Shown here: positions 24,261 to 36,636 of the stretch, one piece after another
Layout of the letters: each line of letters begins with the position of its first letter
Numbering within the stretch: position 1 is the stretch's first letter
Source: Octopus bimaculoides
Taxonomy: Eukaryota
Assembly: GCF_001194135.2 (NCBI RefSeq)
Contig: NC_068983.1
Coordinates: 166,384,641-166,448,640, forward strand
Direction: 5' to 3'
DNA: 64,000 nucleotides
Position numbers and translations under genes: made by a program
Notes under the pieces: generated by a model
What the model was told of the DNA's origin: nothing
The model's input: only the letters and a program-made list of their open reading frames with translations
Database searches by the model: none

Positions 24261-24344
24261 AACACTTGTCTCATGAAAAAAAAAAAATGAAATTCTGAAA
24301 TATAATGCTTTAATAAAGATTCATTCTATGATTTTAAAAAAAAT

Positions 24345-24748
24345 TCTTTTTACTTGTTTCAGTCATTTGACTGTGGCCGTGCTGGAGCACCGCCTTAAAG
24401 GATGTTAGTCAAAAAAGTCGACTCCCAGGACTCATTCTTTGTAAGCCTAGTGCTTATTCTATTGGTCTCTTTGCAGAACTGCTAAGTTGCAGGGACATAA
24501 ATTCACCAGCATCGGTTGTCAAGCGATGGCGGAGGAAGAAACACAAACACATACACAAAAATATATACATATACATATATATGTATATATGATGGGTTTC
24601 TTCCAGTTTCCATCTACCAAATCCACTCACAAGGCTTTGGCCAGCCCGAGGCTATAGTAGAAGACATTTGCCCAAAGAGCTACACAGTGGGACTGAACCC
24701 GGAACCATGTGGTTGGGAAGCAAGCTTCTTACCACACAGCCACACCTG
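24345..24748 (-). mobile_element. Near full-length tRNA-head SINE with non-RTE tail
   Basis: Head GGGACTGAACCCGGAACCATGTGGTTGGGAAGCAAG; internal (TA/CA)n; tail as at 8617-8838. Confidence 0.85.
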
Positions 24749-26074
24749 CACCCATGTTGTTTGCATAATCAGAATTTAACATCCACCTTCCATGCTAGCA
24801 TGGGTTGAACAGTTTTGTTGTCCCCTGACTAAGTCAAACATTGTCAAACCCTTCAACACATGCCAGCATGGAAGCTTGAGCATGAAATTCAAATAGATGA
24901 TGATGGAAGGAGGAGGAGGAGGCTATCCAAGCCATGTCAGCAGGGACCCCCCCCTCCCCCGACGCTAAATGGTGACAATGATGATATAGAATAAATCTTC
25001 ATTAAGCATTAAATTTCAGAATGTCATGAAATTTGTTTTTGTTTCGTTTTGTTACACATTCAGAAGTTATTTCAGAGTATGAATTTTTCCATTTATCAAA
25101 GAATAATTTTATCAAACTAGGTCAACATTTGCCTTCAGAAATATTTTTATTTTGACAGTATTTTAATAACAGTTGCATATATGCATATCCACTCTGGGTG
25201 ATTGTGTATGAGCTTAGACAAATGTAATGACAGGCACAAAATGATAAAGGGAATCTTTAAATATCTGGAAGTTATTTGAACCTACAAACCATGAAATACT
25301 TTTTGCAACCTAATGAAACTTTTTTTAATGGATGATGTGTTATTGGATTACAAAATAAACCAATATTATTTCTATCTACATAGAAATCTATATAGTTTTA
25401 TTTCAAGAGCATAGTTATGGTATTATTAGAAGACATGAATTTAAATCTTACACTGGATCCTTAAAATGAGCCAGAAATGGAAGGAAAATAAACATGAGAA
25501 CAGACATAAAATGAGATGAACAGACATAAAATAAGAATCAAGAAGAAAGAGCAAAATTTGAAGTGGGTGAAGTACTTTCATATATGAAGTAATCTATGAA
25601 AGAGTGGTTGAAAAGGCATAGCCTAAGTTTTTGTAAGGTAATAGAAAAAGAAATAATTATTCACCACCCTTCACTTTCATGCTACCAGGGATCTACAGTA
25701 CCACATATCTCCAGTCTATTTTGAATGCAATTCTAACTTGAAAATCTTTTATGTAATTTTCTTCAAGATCCCAATTCTTCACCTGTGGAGGCAGTTCCCC
25801 AGCATGGTTGCATTCAAATGATTGAAATGAGTCAAATGATATAAGAATGAAAGAACAGCTATTTCATTTCAGCTCCTAATCAATTTCAGTTCTCAGCAGT
25901 CCTCAAATCTACATCTGCACCATTCAAAAGATATATTTATATTGATAAAAATTATTTTATGGCAAGGCCAAGACAGTGCTTGGTTCTAATCTCTCTTATT
26001 TTTGAATACAGAGTACTTAGATTTAAGTGTGGCTGTTTGATTAAGAAGTTCACTTCCCTTACCATAGCCTTTAG

Positions 26075-27225
26075 ACATCATCACTTAAAATCCATTTTCC
26101 ATACTGGCATGGGTTGGACAGTTTGACACAAGGTAAGTCAGAAGACTGTACCAAGCTTTACCATCCGTTTTGACATGGTTTCTACAGCTGGAGGCCCTTC
26201 CTAATGTCAACCACTTTACAAAGAGTACTGAATGCTTTTTACATGGCACCAGCACCAGTGAGGTCATCAAATAATTTACAAGATAGGACACCTCAATTGA
26301 GGATTGGGGTGTAATATTGAAAAAGTTTAATGCCAGATGAGAGGTTAGAATATGAGTTGAGGAACAAAAATAGACATCTTGTAGTAAAGATGATACATGG
26401 CTACCTTAGTGGGAGAGAGAGAGAGAAGAGGGAGAGATGGTGAAGATATGACAGGGGTACAGTCAAGTTACAGGGAGGTGTATATAAGTGGGACCAAGGA
26501 TTGGATTGGGTGAGTAGGTGGGTAAATTCATGAGATTGTGAAAGGAGAGTGGAAAGTAGAGGGGAGGGGTTAAGAAGATATATGTTGTGGAGAGGAGACT
26601 GAGAGGTGAATGGTGAGCACAGGTGGGGGAAAGATGGAGGTGTTGGGAAGATGAGATGAGATGTTGGAGCAGGGGCATAAAGGACACTCCTTTTGAGTCT
26701 CCATTTTACTTGGCTGGATGGGTCTTATCAAGCACAGCATCGATTGTCTCAGTTCTTTGTCATCTCCTCTGTTAAAAGCTAAGCATCTGAAGATCATTTT
26801 TCACTACTTTGTCCCACATTTTTCTCAGTCTTCCTCTTCCACACGTCCCCCCCCCCCACATTTAGAGAGAGACTTCTTTATGCAGCTGTCTTCATCCATA
26901 CACATCACATAACCATACCAGCACACTCCTGCCTCTTGCACATTACCTGTGATGCCTCTTTAAACCTATTTTCTTTTCTCAACTCATTTACACTTTGTCA
27001 TACATGCACACTGACATTGCATATCCAGTGAAGTAGGCTAGTTTCATTTGTTTCAAGCCTTTACATGTCCTTTGCAGTCACAGCCCATGTCTGACTACCA
27101 TGTAGCATAGCCGCTCATACAGTATATTGTACAATCTGCTTTTCATTCTGAGGGAGAGGCCCTTTATTCCCAACAAAGGTAATAGCACTCTGGACTTTGC
27201 CCAGCCATTTCTAATTCAAACTCAA
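26075..27225 (-). mobile_element. RTE 3' fragment with CT-rich UTR
   Basis: Tail 26075-26280, purine-rich (+) tract 26400-26680, RTE C-terminal homology 26690-27225. Confidence 0.8.
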
Positions 27226-27230
27226 AAAAG

Positions 27231-27306
<76 letters not shown>

Positions 27307-27899
27307 ATGCGTGCGTGTGTGCGTGCATGCACCTTTGTCTTAACATTACTGTAAAATAAGTACCCCCGTCATACAAGCAATGTCATTCATTTCCAGTTTT
27401 CTGTGGATAACATGACTGATCAAAGAATATATTAAGCTTACTAGAAAGCAGGGGTGGAGTGGTGATAGGGAGGACATCCAACCACAGAAAGTCTACCTCA
27501 ACAAATTCCATCCAGCCCATGCAAGTTTGGAAAAGTGGACATTAAATGATGATCAATAATATACTGAGCCCATACAAAAATTTGTGTGTTTAGTTAAAAG
27601 AAGCCAAAAATTGTGTTTTGAAGAGACAGAGAATTTTAAGGAAAGGTAAATAAGAAGTTGGTAACATCAGTTCTTCCTCGAGACTATATTAGTGATATCA
27701 GTGGTCTGAAATAGTTGCAACTAGAAATCAAAAAAGAGTCGCTGACTGAGCATGCTAAGAGCTGACTTCTCTATACTGTAATCATTTTGTTTTGTTTTTT
27801 CATATTTAAAACAAACAGACTTAATTTCTGCAGTTCTACAAATATTAGATTTTCTTGTTTTCACATTTATTTAAATGTCTCAAATTTTTTTGTTTTTTA

Positions 27900-28250
27900 A
27901 TGTGGAAAGCACGGGGCTGAGAAATTCATTTCCCAATCATATGATGTCAGGTTCAGGCCCAAACCAAAGCATTATGGATCTGGTGGACTGAAAGAAGCCC
28001 ATCATAAGTATGTATGTATGTATGTATGGCCTTGTCTGGACTTCACATGATGACTGTAAAACGAGTATCATTATCTTATAAGTGATATTAATTTCAATCT
28101 TCCATTAAAAACATGTCTAGCCAAGGGGAAATATCACCTGGCTTGGAAACAGGAAGGGCACAGAAGGCCATAGAAGATTTGCCTCAATGAATTCCATTTG
28201 ACCAATGCAAGCATGAAAAAGTCAGTATTAAAGGAAGATGATGGTGATTA
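27900..28250 (+). mobile_element. tRNA-head SINE with RTE-type tail
   Basis: GACTGAAAGAAGCCC..GGGGAAATATCACCTGGCTTGGAAACAGG..GCAAGCATGAAAAAG..GATGATGGTGAT. Confidence 0.7.
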
Positions 28251-28425
28251 TTTAACAATCCAGAAATTTCTTGCTTTTTTTTTTTAATATTTGTCTTTCT
28301 GAAACACATTCATAATGCAAAATACATGTAATAATGATGATAAAAAATAAGGACATTAATAAGCAGAGGGAAGCTTAAGCTATAACAAATAGCAGCCAAA
28401 CTCCTTCAACTCATTGTCAAGCAGC

Positions 28426-28622
28426 TTAAACCTTTTAATATTAACTTGCCTGAAGTACCCCTGGTTTTGATAATACAAACCTTCATGTTAATATTTATGT
28501 TCCAAACACCAACTTAATAACGTCAAAGTACAAAGTTATTTTACTAGATTCTTTGTTATTTTAAGACTAAATTTAAGCAAAGGCAATGTATCTCAACAGA
28601 AATATGGTAATGAAGAAGTTAA
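28426..28622 (-). mobile_element. TTAA-type MITE copy (internal deletion)
   Basis: TTAA at both ends (28426-29 and 28619-22); shared body. Confidence 0.7.
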
Positions 28623-30587
28623 AAAAAAGAACACATAGGAGAAAGTGGTCCTGGATAAAATAAAAAGGATGGGCATAACTGGACCGTCTTTGATTTACTG
28701 CCTTGACGTAAAAAAAAAAAATACAACCACCATATTTGAGTGGAATAACATTCGTTTTTAAGGATAGTAAAGCAATTCATTATTGTGCTCAATCTAAAGG
28801 AAACAAAACCCACACCTTTCTAAGAAGAGATCAAGATGTCGCATATTTAAAAAGCCTGTTCACACCGAGTACTTTATCTTTGTTGTTTATGAGATTTGAA
28901 CTGTATTTTAGAAGTTACTATAAAGCCTTAAAATAAATAAATAAAAGCTAAAGCAAGAAGTAAATCCATTAAAAGATACAAGTAGGAAAAGAACTTCAAG
29001 CTCAAGGTATGACAAGACATACCACATTTTACAGTTTGACAACTATTTCAACAGCAAAGTCATGCTATACACTGGTCCAAACCATGATGGTAAGTTTTAA
29101 AAAATGGTAAAACACTTAACTACATGAAGACATCATTACTCCCTGGTTAACTTGACTGGTGCCACAAAAATGGCTGTGTAAAATATGGAAGGTTTTTCTG
29201 CTGCACATAGAACAATTTTTTTTTTTAAAAAAAACATCATCCAAATAAATAATTTGAATGACTTAATTTCACAGCAAAATTTATGGTATTTTGTAGTTTG
29301 CTTTAAATAAAGTGTAAGTAAGAAGCATTTATAATTTCAAACTAATGTATACTATTTTCCCCACCCCCACTTCCAACCATACCAGAAAGTTTAATTTCTG
29401 AATTATGTAAATGTAAAAACGGTTATTAATGACCAAATAAAAGTAACCCAGAATTAATGAATTGTAAAACAGTTCCTTTTCTCAAATGAAATAGCTTTCA
29501 AAATATTTTCAATAGTCTGCTTGGGGAATTCTACTTTTGATATGCATCGCACAAAAACTAGCTTCTCTAATACTTTTGATTGTGTTGTGCAAACCAGAAA
29601 TACAATTTAAAGTGCTGTCAAACTGAATTCCTAAAGGGAGAATTAAAACAAAGAAAAATATATATTTGTTTTGTTTTTCTATTGTCAAAGGGTAAAAAAC
29701 AAGTTGTTTATTTTTAAACCAAACAACTTTACAAAAATAAACTGAAAAAGAAAAATCCTAAAATTTAATAATTTCTTTTAACCACATTATCTAACAAGTC
29801 TTGTTTTATTGGGTGTCTTTAAAAATTTAGCTTTAGACTTTCCACAAATCTACAAAATGCTTAAGTAGCTAAATGCATTTTTCTTGCGGGTTAAATAACC
29901 TATTTTAACAGTTGCTACTTTAACGCCATTTTATTTTAATTGCATTCCCACAGTAAGAGTTTAACAGACAATGAAGATTGTGATTTAACACTGCATTTTG
30001 CAGTACTATTATTTTCTGGGTGCACAGTTTTAGCAATGTGCAAGCTTGTACAAAATAGTTTTAAAGATAACAAATATAATATAAAGTTAGAATTTCAAAA
30101 GCAAGTCTATCAAATAATTGTGTTGGATTTTATCTAGGTTACCCTTTTAAAACTACAGGGCAAAAAAAAGCAAACAAAATCAGATTCACCATCCCTAATA
30201 AATGTTACATAGAGACACTGTTATCATCTGTTTAACTCCACTAGCACCAAATGTAAAATGTAAGTGGTTTTCTTGTTGTACTCTATATATACATACACTA
30301 TCTCATATATAGTGCAAACTTCTTTCCTGGAATTGTTCTATACATTTGCTGTAAATCAGACATTCTATATTTCTTTCTTCTTTTGTGAATGTCACTCAAC
30401 ACACACCTTTTAGTACAGGAAGACAAAAACCTTTAGACACAAGTCACCTACCCAGAGCCATATTTATATGCAAGCTATGAGACATTGAACTAGACCATCA
30501 AATAGAAAAATTACAGTAATTCATAGCTGTTTCACTTTCTATGTGTTTTCAAAGAGATTAAACTAATTGCATTATATTCTATTTTTC

Positions 30588-30692
30588 TCAAATACTGATT
30601 ACAAAAGGAATACTCAAGGGAAACAAAAGCACCAAAGCAGAAAGAATCTTCTTCCATGTCTTCCCCACATAAATACTGTTTGCTTTGTCCAG
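30588..30692 (-). CDS. Candidate terminal coding exon LDKANSIYVGKTWKKILSALVLLFPLSIPFVISI* (C-terminal hydrophobic anchor)
   Basis: CAG| acceptor at 30693-95 immediately after an in-frame stop. 34 codons ending in a WKK-flanked 19-aa hydrophobic run. Followed by ~2 kb of repeat-free, U-rich sequence resembling a 3' UTR. Confidence 0.45.
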   Translation of the reverse strand: MDKANSIYVGKTWKKILSALVLLFPLSIPFVISI

Positions 30693-31600
30693 CTGCCATT
30701 TCACAAATTACAATAGAAAATGAGTACAATGATGCATTTAAATAATATCAAACTGAATTACATTTCCCAAGAATAGAAGATAACAAGGCTCTCTTCCAAA
30801 AAATTCACAAAGCTGATTAATCTAAATTCATTTTTTGCATTGGTTTTCTTGAACAGTTCTAGAAAAATTTTTATTTCAAAGCAGATAACCATGATATGGA
30901 ACACACACACAAAGATGATTTTAAAAAATAACTGCATCTAAATACTAAATAATAATCCTAAATCACTGGGGTATTGTTAATTTACTGGGATACAAGTAAA
31001 GGTTGGTGCCAAGAAGGGTGTCCCACCATAGAAAACTCTTCCTCCAACATAGACAAATATGATCCATGCAAACATAGTAAAAATTGATATTAAAATAATT
31101 GTGGTAGTAGTGGTGATGATGATGGCAGTGGAATGGTGATGATGATTGTGGGGGTGATCATCATCATCTTTCTCTAGTCTGGCATGGGTTAGATGGTCCG
31201 ACAAGGCTGGCAAGCAGGAGAGCTGCAGCTGGTTACAATCCGATTTGGCTTGATTTCTACAGCTAGATGCCCTTCCTAACACCAATGATAATAGTTACTG
31301 ATAACTAAATTATGACTTTCTTAGAACACATCATTACTAAGCAATTGTTAGGCTGCTGAATAAGTGAAATACTTAACCACACTATTAGAAATACAAGCAT
31401 ACCCATGCTGACAGTTTTATTAATGGTAGAAAATAGTGCATCAAAACAATGGGGAAAAAAACCACTGATGAATGTCAGCATCAGATACAGATGTAATGTC
31501 TTGGTTGAGAATAACTTCCATGTCATATATATNNNNNNNNNNNNNNNNNNNNNNNTATATATATATATATATATATTAATACATAAAGTTAAAGTCTGGT

Positions 31601-31669
31601 CATAGAGTGACCAATGGTTTCGTATCCACAAAAGCTACAGCCTTGTGGACAGCTCATCAGGCTCTATAC
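31601..31669 (-). ncRNA. Type-I hammerhead ribozyme, intact catalytic core
   Basis: GTATAGAGC-CTGATGA-GCTGTCCACAAGGC(TGTA)GCTTTTGTGGATAC-GAAA-CCATTGG-TC-ACTCTATG. GUC triplet; C.A mismatch at the first stem-I pair. Confidence 0.82.
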
Positions 31670-32246
31670 AAAGACAAATTCAAGTTTTCACCTCACAGAG
31701 GCAGAGAAAAGTTAGGACAAAATTGTCGAATGGTTAATAGAGAAATGTTATTGAGGATGGGTTATTTTCCTTGGACTAGAGGATAATGGAAGTTCCGATC
31801 TATTTCATTAAGGTCTCATTAGTTTAAACAGCAAATGGGGAGACCCAATTTTCCAGTAGGTAATGCTTGAAATGAACATGTTTTGAGAAAATTCCTTTAT
31901 GATTATTTGATGTGCCAGGCTTAGCATAGTTTTTAAGAATTTTGGTTCACTCTGCGATGAAGATTTTGCAGCACTTGCTCCCATTAATATTTGGGCCTGG
32001 TTGTTCTATGATCTTCCACCTGACATCATATGGGGTCCCTTGATCTTTGAAGTACCACACATGGCTGGCCAGGGACATGACAAAATGTTTTTCTAGGACT
32101 CTGAAGGATGACTGGTGTTTCAAAAGCATCACTTGAAAGCTGTGATGGCCAATCCGATATATTTACAGGCCTGTCTGCTGGCTATACTTGCATTTTTGTC
32201 CTAGCTTTTCTCTGCCTCCATGAAGTGAAAAATTAAATCTGTCTTT

Positions 32247-32315
32247 GTATAGCGTCTGATGAGCTGTCCACAAGGCTGTAGCTTTCGTGGATACAAAACC
32301 ATTGGTCACTCTATG
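32247..32315 (+). ncRNA. Second copy of the same hammerhead, G12A mutant
   Basis: GTATAGCGT-CTGATGA(32256-62)-stem II-AAAA(32295-98)-CCATTGG-TC-ACTCTATG. Confidence 0.75.
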
Positions 32316-32439
32316 ACCAGACTTTAATAAATGATTAAATACCTGCTCTATTCTTTAGAGGGTGCTTCATAATCTGATATATCTTATATTGGCAATATAT
32401 ATGAAATACCTGCTATTCTATGCTTGCATGAAGCAGATA

Positions 32440-32719
32440 GATTATGTACAGCCAGATGTCATTCTTTTCACCGATCCATTCCAAGTAAGGTAATATTTCA
32501 CCAAGCCTAGACATGATTATGTGGAAGATTGAAAACAAATAATATGTCTTGTATGACAGAGACACTCGTTTACAACCACCGCCTGATGTCAAGACAAAGA
32601 GAGTAAAACAAACACACACACACACACACATATATATATTTATGTACATATGCATATGAATGGATGTGTGTATGTATGTGTATATATGATATACACACAC
32701 ACACACACACTTACTTACA

Positions 32720-32753
<34 letters not shown>

Positions 32754-32849
32754 TATATATTGAGGTTCTTTCAGTTTCCATCTACCAAATCTACTCCCAA
32801 GGATTTGATTGGCCCAAGGCTATAGTTGAAAACATTCAAGGTGTCTATC

Positions 32850-32907
<58 letters not shown>

Positions 32908-33200
32908 ACACACACACCTTTTATTTGTTTCAGTCGTTAAACTAAAGCCATGTAATGTAGGGGTTTTAGTCGAATGAATCAACCCCAGTACTTATTTTTT
33001 AGAAACCGGATATTTATTGTATCAGTTTTTCATTGCACCACTAAGTTATGGGGAGATAAACCAAGAAGTGATGGGGGACAAACACAGGCACAAAGACACA
33101 CACAGCCTTCTCTCAGTTTCAATCTACCGAATCTGTTCACAAAGCTTTGGTTGGCTCAGGGATATAGTAGTGTGGTTGAGCAGCAAACTTCTTAACATAC
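32440..33200 (-). mobile_element. Two adjacent tRNA-head SINEs (32440-32830 RTE-tail type; 32915-33200 non-RTE tail) separated by (TG)n(CA)n
   Basis: Shared head TTTCAGTTTCCATCTACC..; the tails differ. Confidence 0.7.
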
Positions 33201-33365
33201 ACAATGTATATATATATATATTCACACACACATATACCAACACATGTGCATACATGTACACACGTGTGTATGTATGTGAATAGTTTATCCTTTATTTGAA
33301 AAGAAAGTGTCATGAAAAGCAAGCATGGAAAAATGGACCAAAACAATAGGAAAAAGATGAGAGAG

Positions 33366-33398
<33 letters not shown>

Positions 33399-34082
33399 GA
33401 GAGAGAAAGAGAGAGAAAGAGAGAGAAAGAGAAAGAGAGAGAAAGAAAAAGAGAGAGAGATTGTTGAAGTAAACTTAGGTTAGGATAAAAATTTGTGCAG
33501 CAATTTCAAAACAAAACCTTATACTTGAGTTCACTTGCATTTAGCATCTGAATATCACTCACTCCAACTCTGTTATTTTAGTCTGCTACCAGCATGACTG
33601 ACAAGACACACATTGCATTTTATTATAAGATTGTTGGGGATGTTACATAATCTATTTCATAGCTATACAAATTTCTCACACACATTCTAAATGATGTTGC
33701 TGCATCGAACAACAAACAGAATCTGATTATAGAGTTCTGTACATATAAAAGCAATTGTATTTCACAGACTTCTAAACATCTAAATCATTCACTTGTTCGT
33801 TTATTCAATACTTTTCTTACCAACAACAAAAAAATACAAATTAAACTAAATTAAACAAAATAGATAAAATCAAGCTTCATAATATGAATAGACAACTTTG
33901 AGCTTTTCTTCACAATATTTCCTGCATCCATTTGGATCACAATGTAGCATCATTAAAATTACATCAAAGTTTAAGTGAATGTTTTTAACCCTCTTCATGT
34001 GGAGGGGGGGGGGACTCCTGTTCTGAACAAAGAGAACAGATTATAGATTAAGAAATCAATCTTAATAACAGAATTAAATTAA

Positions 34083-34480
34083 ATCATCATCATCATCGTT
34101 TAACGTCCGCCTTCCATGCTAGTATGGGTTGGACAATTTGACTGAGGACTAGCAAGCCAGAAGGCTGCACCAGGCTCCAATCTGACCTGGCAGAGTTTCT
34201 ACAGCTGGATGCCCTTCCTAACGCCAACCACTCCAAGAGTGTAGTAGGTGCTTTTACATGCCACTAGCACAAGGGCCAGTCAGGCGGTACTGGCAACAGC
34301 CACGCTCAAGTGGTATTTTTTTACATGCCACCTGCACAGGAGCCAGTCCAGCTGCACTGGCAATGACCTCGCTTGAATGTTTTTTTCACATGCCACCTGC
34401 ACAAGTGCCAGTAAGGCGACGCTGGTAACGATCACGTTTGAATGGTGCTTTTTACGTGCTACCGGCATGGAAACCAACAT
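34083..34480 (-). mobile_element. RTE tail plus 3' UTR repeat units
   Basis: Well-preserved (CAT)n tail and ~3 TTTTACATGCCAC units. Confidence 0.88.
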
Positions 34481-35959
34481 TTTTAGCCTACTACCTTTTC
34501 ATTAAAAACTCATACTGCCCAAGCTTTCATCTTGTAAATGATTCTTTCTTTCTTTTACAGGTTTCAGTCATTGGGCTGTGGCCATGCTGGGGCACCATCT
34601 TTAAGAACTTATTCAATTGTATCAGTACAAATAGTGATTTCATAAATATTTGTTGAACTACTAAATTACAGAACAGAAATACAACAGTACAAGTTTTTAG
34701 GCTTGCTTTATATACAGACAAGGACACACACATAAACTCATACATTTAATAGGATTCTGCTCACTTTCCATCCACCAAATACTGCTCAAGATAACAGTCA
34801 AGTTATGCAATGAATTCAAATCCAGAACTCTTTGGTTGCAAAGCAAAAACCTTAACCACACAACCATACTTGCATATGATGTAAACAGTGCTAAATACAT
34901 TTTTGAACGTTGGAAAGTGGTTGAATTTTCAATAATATTTTGTATAAAATGTAAGTCATTTAGCTGAATTGTATACTCTTGCTCAAAATTGATTGGTGAT
35001 TGGTTTCTTTGTGCAGCTCACAAAAATTTATGAAAGTGAAAAATCATTGCCTACAGGTTTCTTGTTCCCACTAATTTTGAACATTTTATTCTCTGCAATA
35101 TTCCGGAAGAATTTTGGAAAGAAAACATCCAGAATGAGGAGAACATTCAAAACGAACTCATTTGATAGAATAGAAAACCTGAACATGGAACCACAATCTA
35201 AACAATATGTAATCAAAGACTGCATGATTCTATGCAATATTTGATTCTGTATTCTCTTTCCTATGCTTGTTGATTTTGCAAATAATACTATTCTAAAATA
35301 CTAACACTAATATTAAAATACAGCAATTGGAAACAGCACCAGTTTTTATTGAAAGATAAATGTAGGTAGAGTCATATGCTTCACTGAAAAAAACTCACCA
35401 TGCAAACAACTCAGACTGTGTTATTGAGCAGAATTGGTAGAATATTGGACAAAATGTTTGGCAGTATCTAGTAAGGATATTTTACAATCTAAATTCAATT
35501 CCTGCCAGAGTCAACATGATCCTTCTAGGGTCAATGAAATGAGTATTGGAGTTGATATATTCACTCCTACCCTACTCCAAAACATCAGAAATCAATATTT
35601 CTAGATAAACCTGGTACTGACATCAGATTAGATCAGACACCACTATTTCTTCCAATAAAAAAAAAAATGAAAGAAAATAATGGTTTAATTTAACTGTCAT
35701 TGTTTTCATTGTCGTTTAAGTGTAGGTCAACCAGAGTGAACAGCTCTCTGATCAAAGGCATTGCAGCTGTGACCATTCTGTCGTAAATCTCATGTACAGG
35801 CAGTCCAGAACACATTATCCAATATGCTTTTTCTAAGATGTAGGGTGCAATTTGAGAGAAATTTAGCAGCCATTTCTGGCAGCTTGAGCAACTGTAAATC
35901 ATTAATAGACTGATTCATTTTCTCAGTCACCACCCCTGTATTAAGGCCCCCTCATTGGT

Positions 35960-36071
<112 letters not shown>

Positions 36072-36308
36072 TTTTATAATTTCACAGGTAGATTTAAACA
36101 TTGCGCTATTCATTAATGGGTTCTTTTATTTATTTTTTTATTGATGATGTTGCATATTGTTAATCCTCAAACCTTAATACAGAGAAGAAAGTATTATGCG
36201 CTGTCTTAATGGCACAGGTTTAAACTTGACCACAATACTTGTCAGGCAGCCTGCATTAACAATCAATCAAGGAGTGGGCTACTGCCAAACAAGCAGCCTG
36301 CCTTTGGC

Positions 36309-36636
36309 TTAACCCATTTGATAAACAACCCACCTGAGATTGACCCTCGTTATACAATGAAAACTTCCGGTTTTAAAAAGTGATCTAAATTAAAAATTTC
36401 TAGCTAATTCATGTACCAAACATCAGTTTAATAATGGCAAAGTTATTTTACTAAATTTATCACTATTTTCAAAATTAAGAAACAAAGGCAATGTATTTCA
36501 ATAGAAATATGGTAACTAAAGAGTCAGAATGGTAACTAAAGAGTCAGAATGGTAACTAAAGAGTCAGAATGGTAACTAAAGGGTCAGAATGGTAACTAAA
36601 GGTTCAGAATGGTAACTAAAGGGTCAGAATGGTAAC
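36309..36636 (-). mobile_element. TTAA-type MITE whose terminus is amplified into a 20-bp x ~6.3 tandem array
   Basis: TTAACCCATTTGATA start. GGTAACTAAAGAGTCAGAAT repeats from 36511 to 36636. Confidence 0.85.

Larger units (their letters stand above)
31589..32327 (-). mobile_element. Penelope-like element remnant: GIY-YIG endonuclease fragment between inverted 137-bp pseudo-LTRs
   Basis: Minus-strand KYIGLAITAFK then HQSSFR..SLASHVWYFKDQGTPYDVRWKIIEQPGPNINGSKCCKIFIAE (31947-32170). Arms 31589-31725 / 32191-32327. Confidence 0.82.

Noticed and set aside
24690-24748. Bona fide tRNA genes at SINE heads
   Set aside because: Only degenerate A/B-box-like heads fused to SINE bodies; no cloverleaf could be supported.
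28736-29098. Plus-strand ORFs/exons (DSKAIHYC.., FDNYFNSK.. with GTAAGT donor)
   Set aside because: Implied introns are only 28-43 nt or the frames are incompatible. Better explained as the antisense of a U-rich minus-strand 3' UTR, though not excluded.
34993-35244. Overlapping 83-aa (+), 69-aa (-) and 41-aa ORFs; similar cases at 36726-36915 and 58360-58550
   Set aside because: No motif, and no consistent donor/acceptor pair.
36511-36636. CRISPR-like array
   Set aside because: Contiguous 20-bp tandem units with no unique spacers, no cas genes, and a eukaryotic context.
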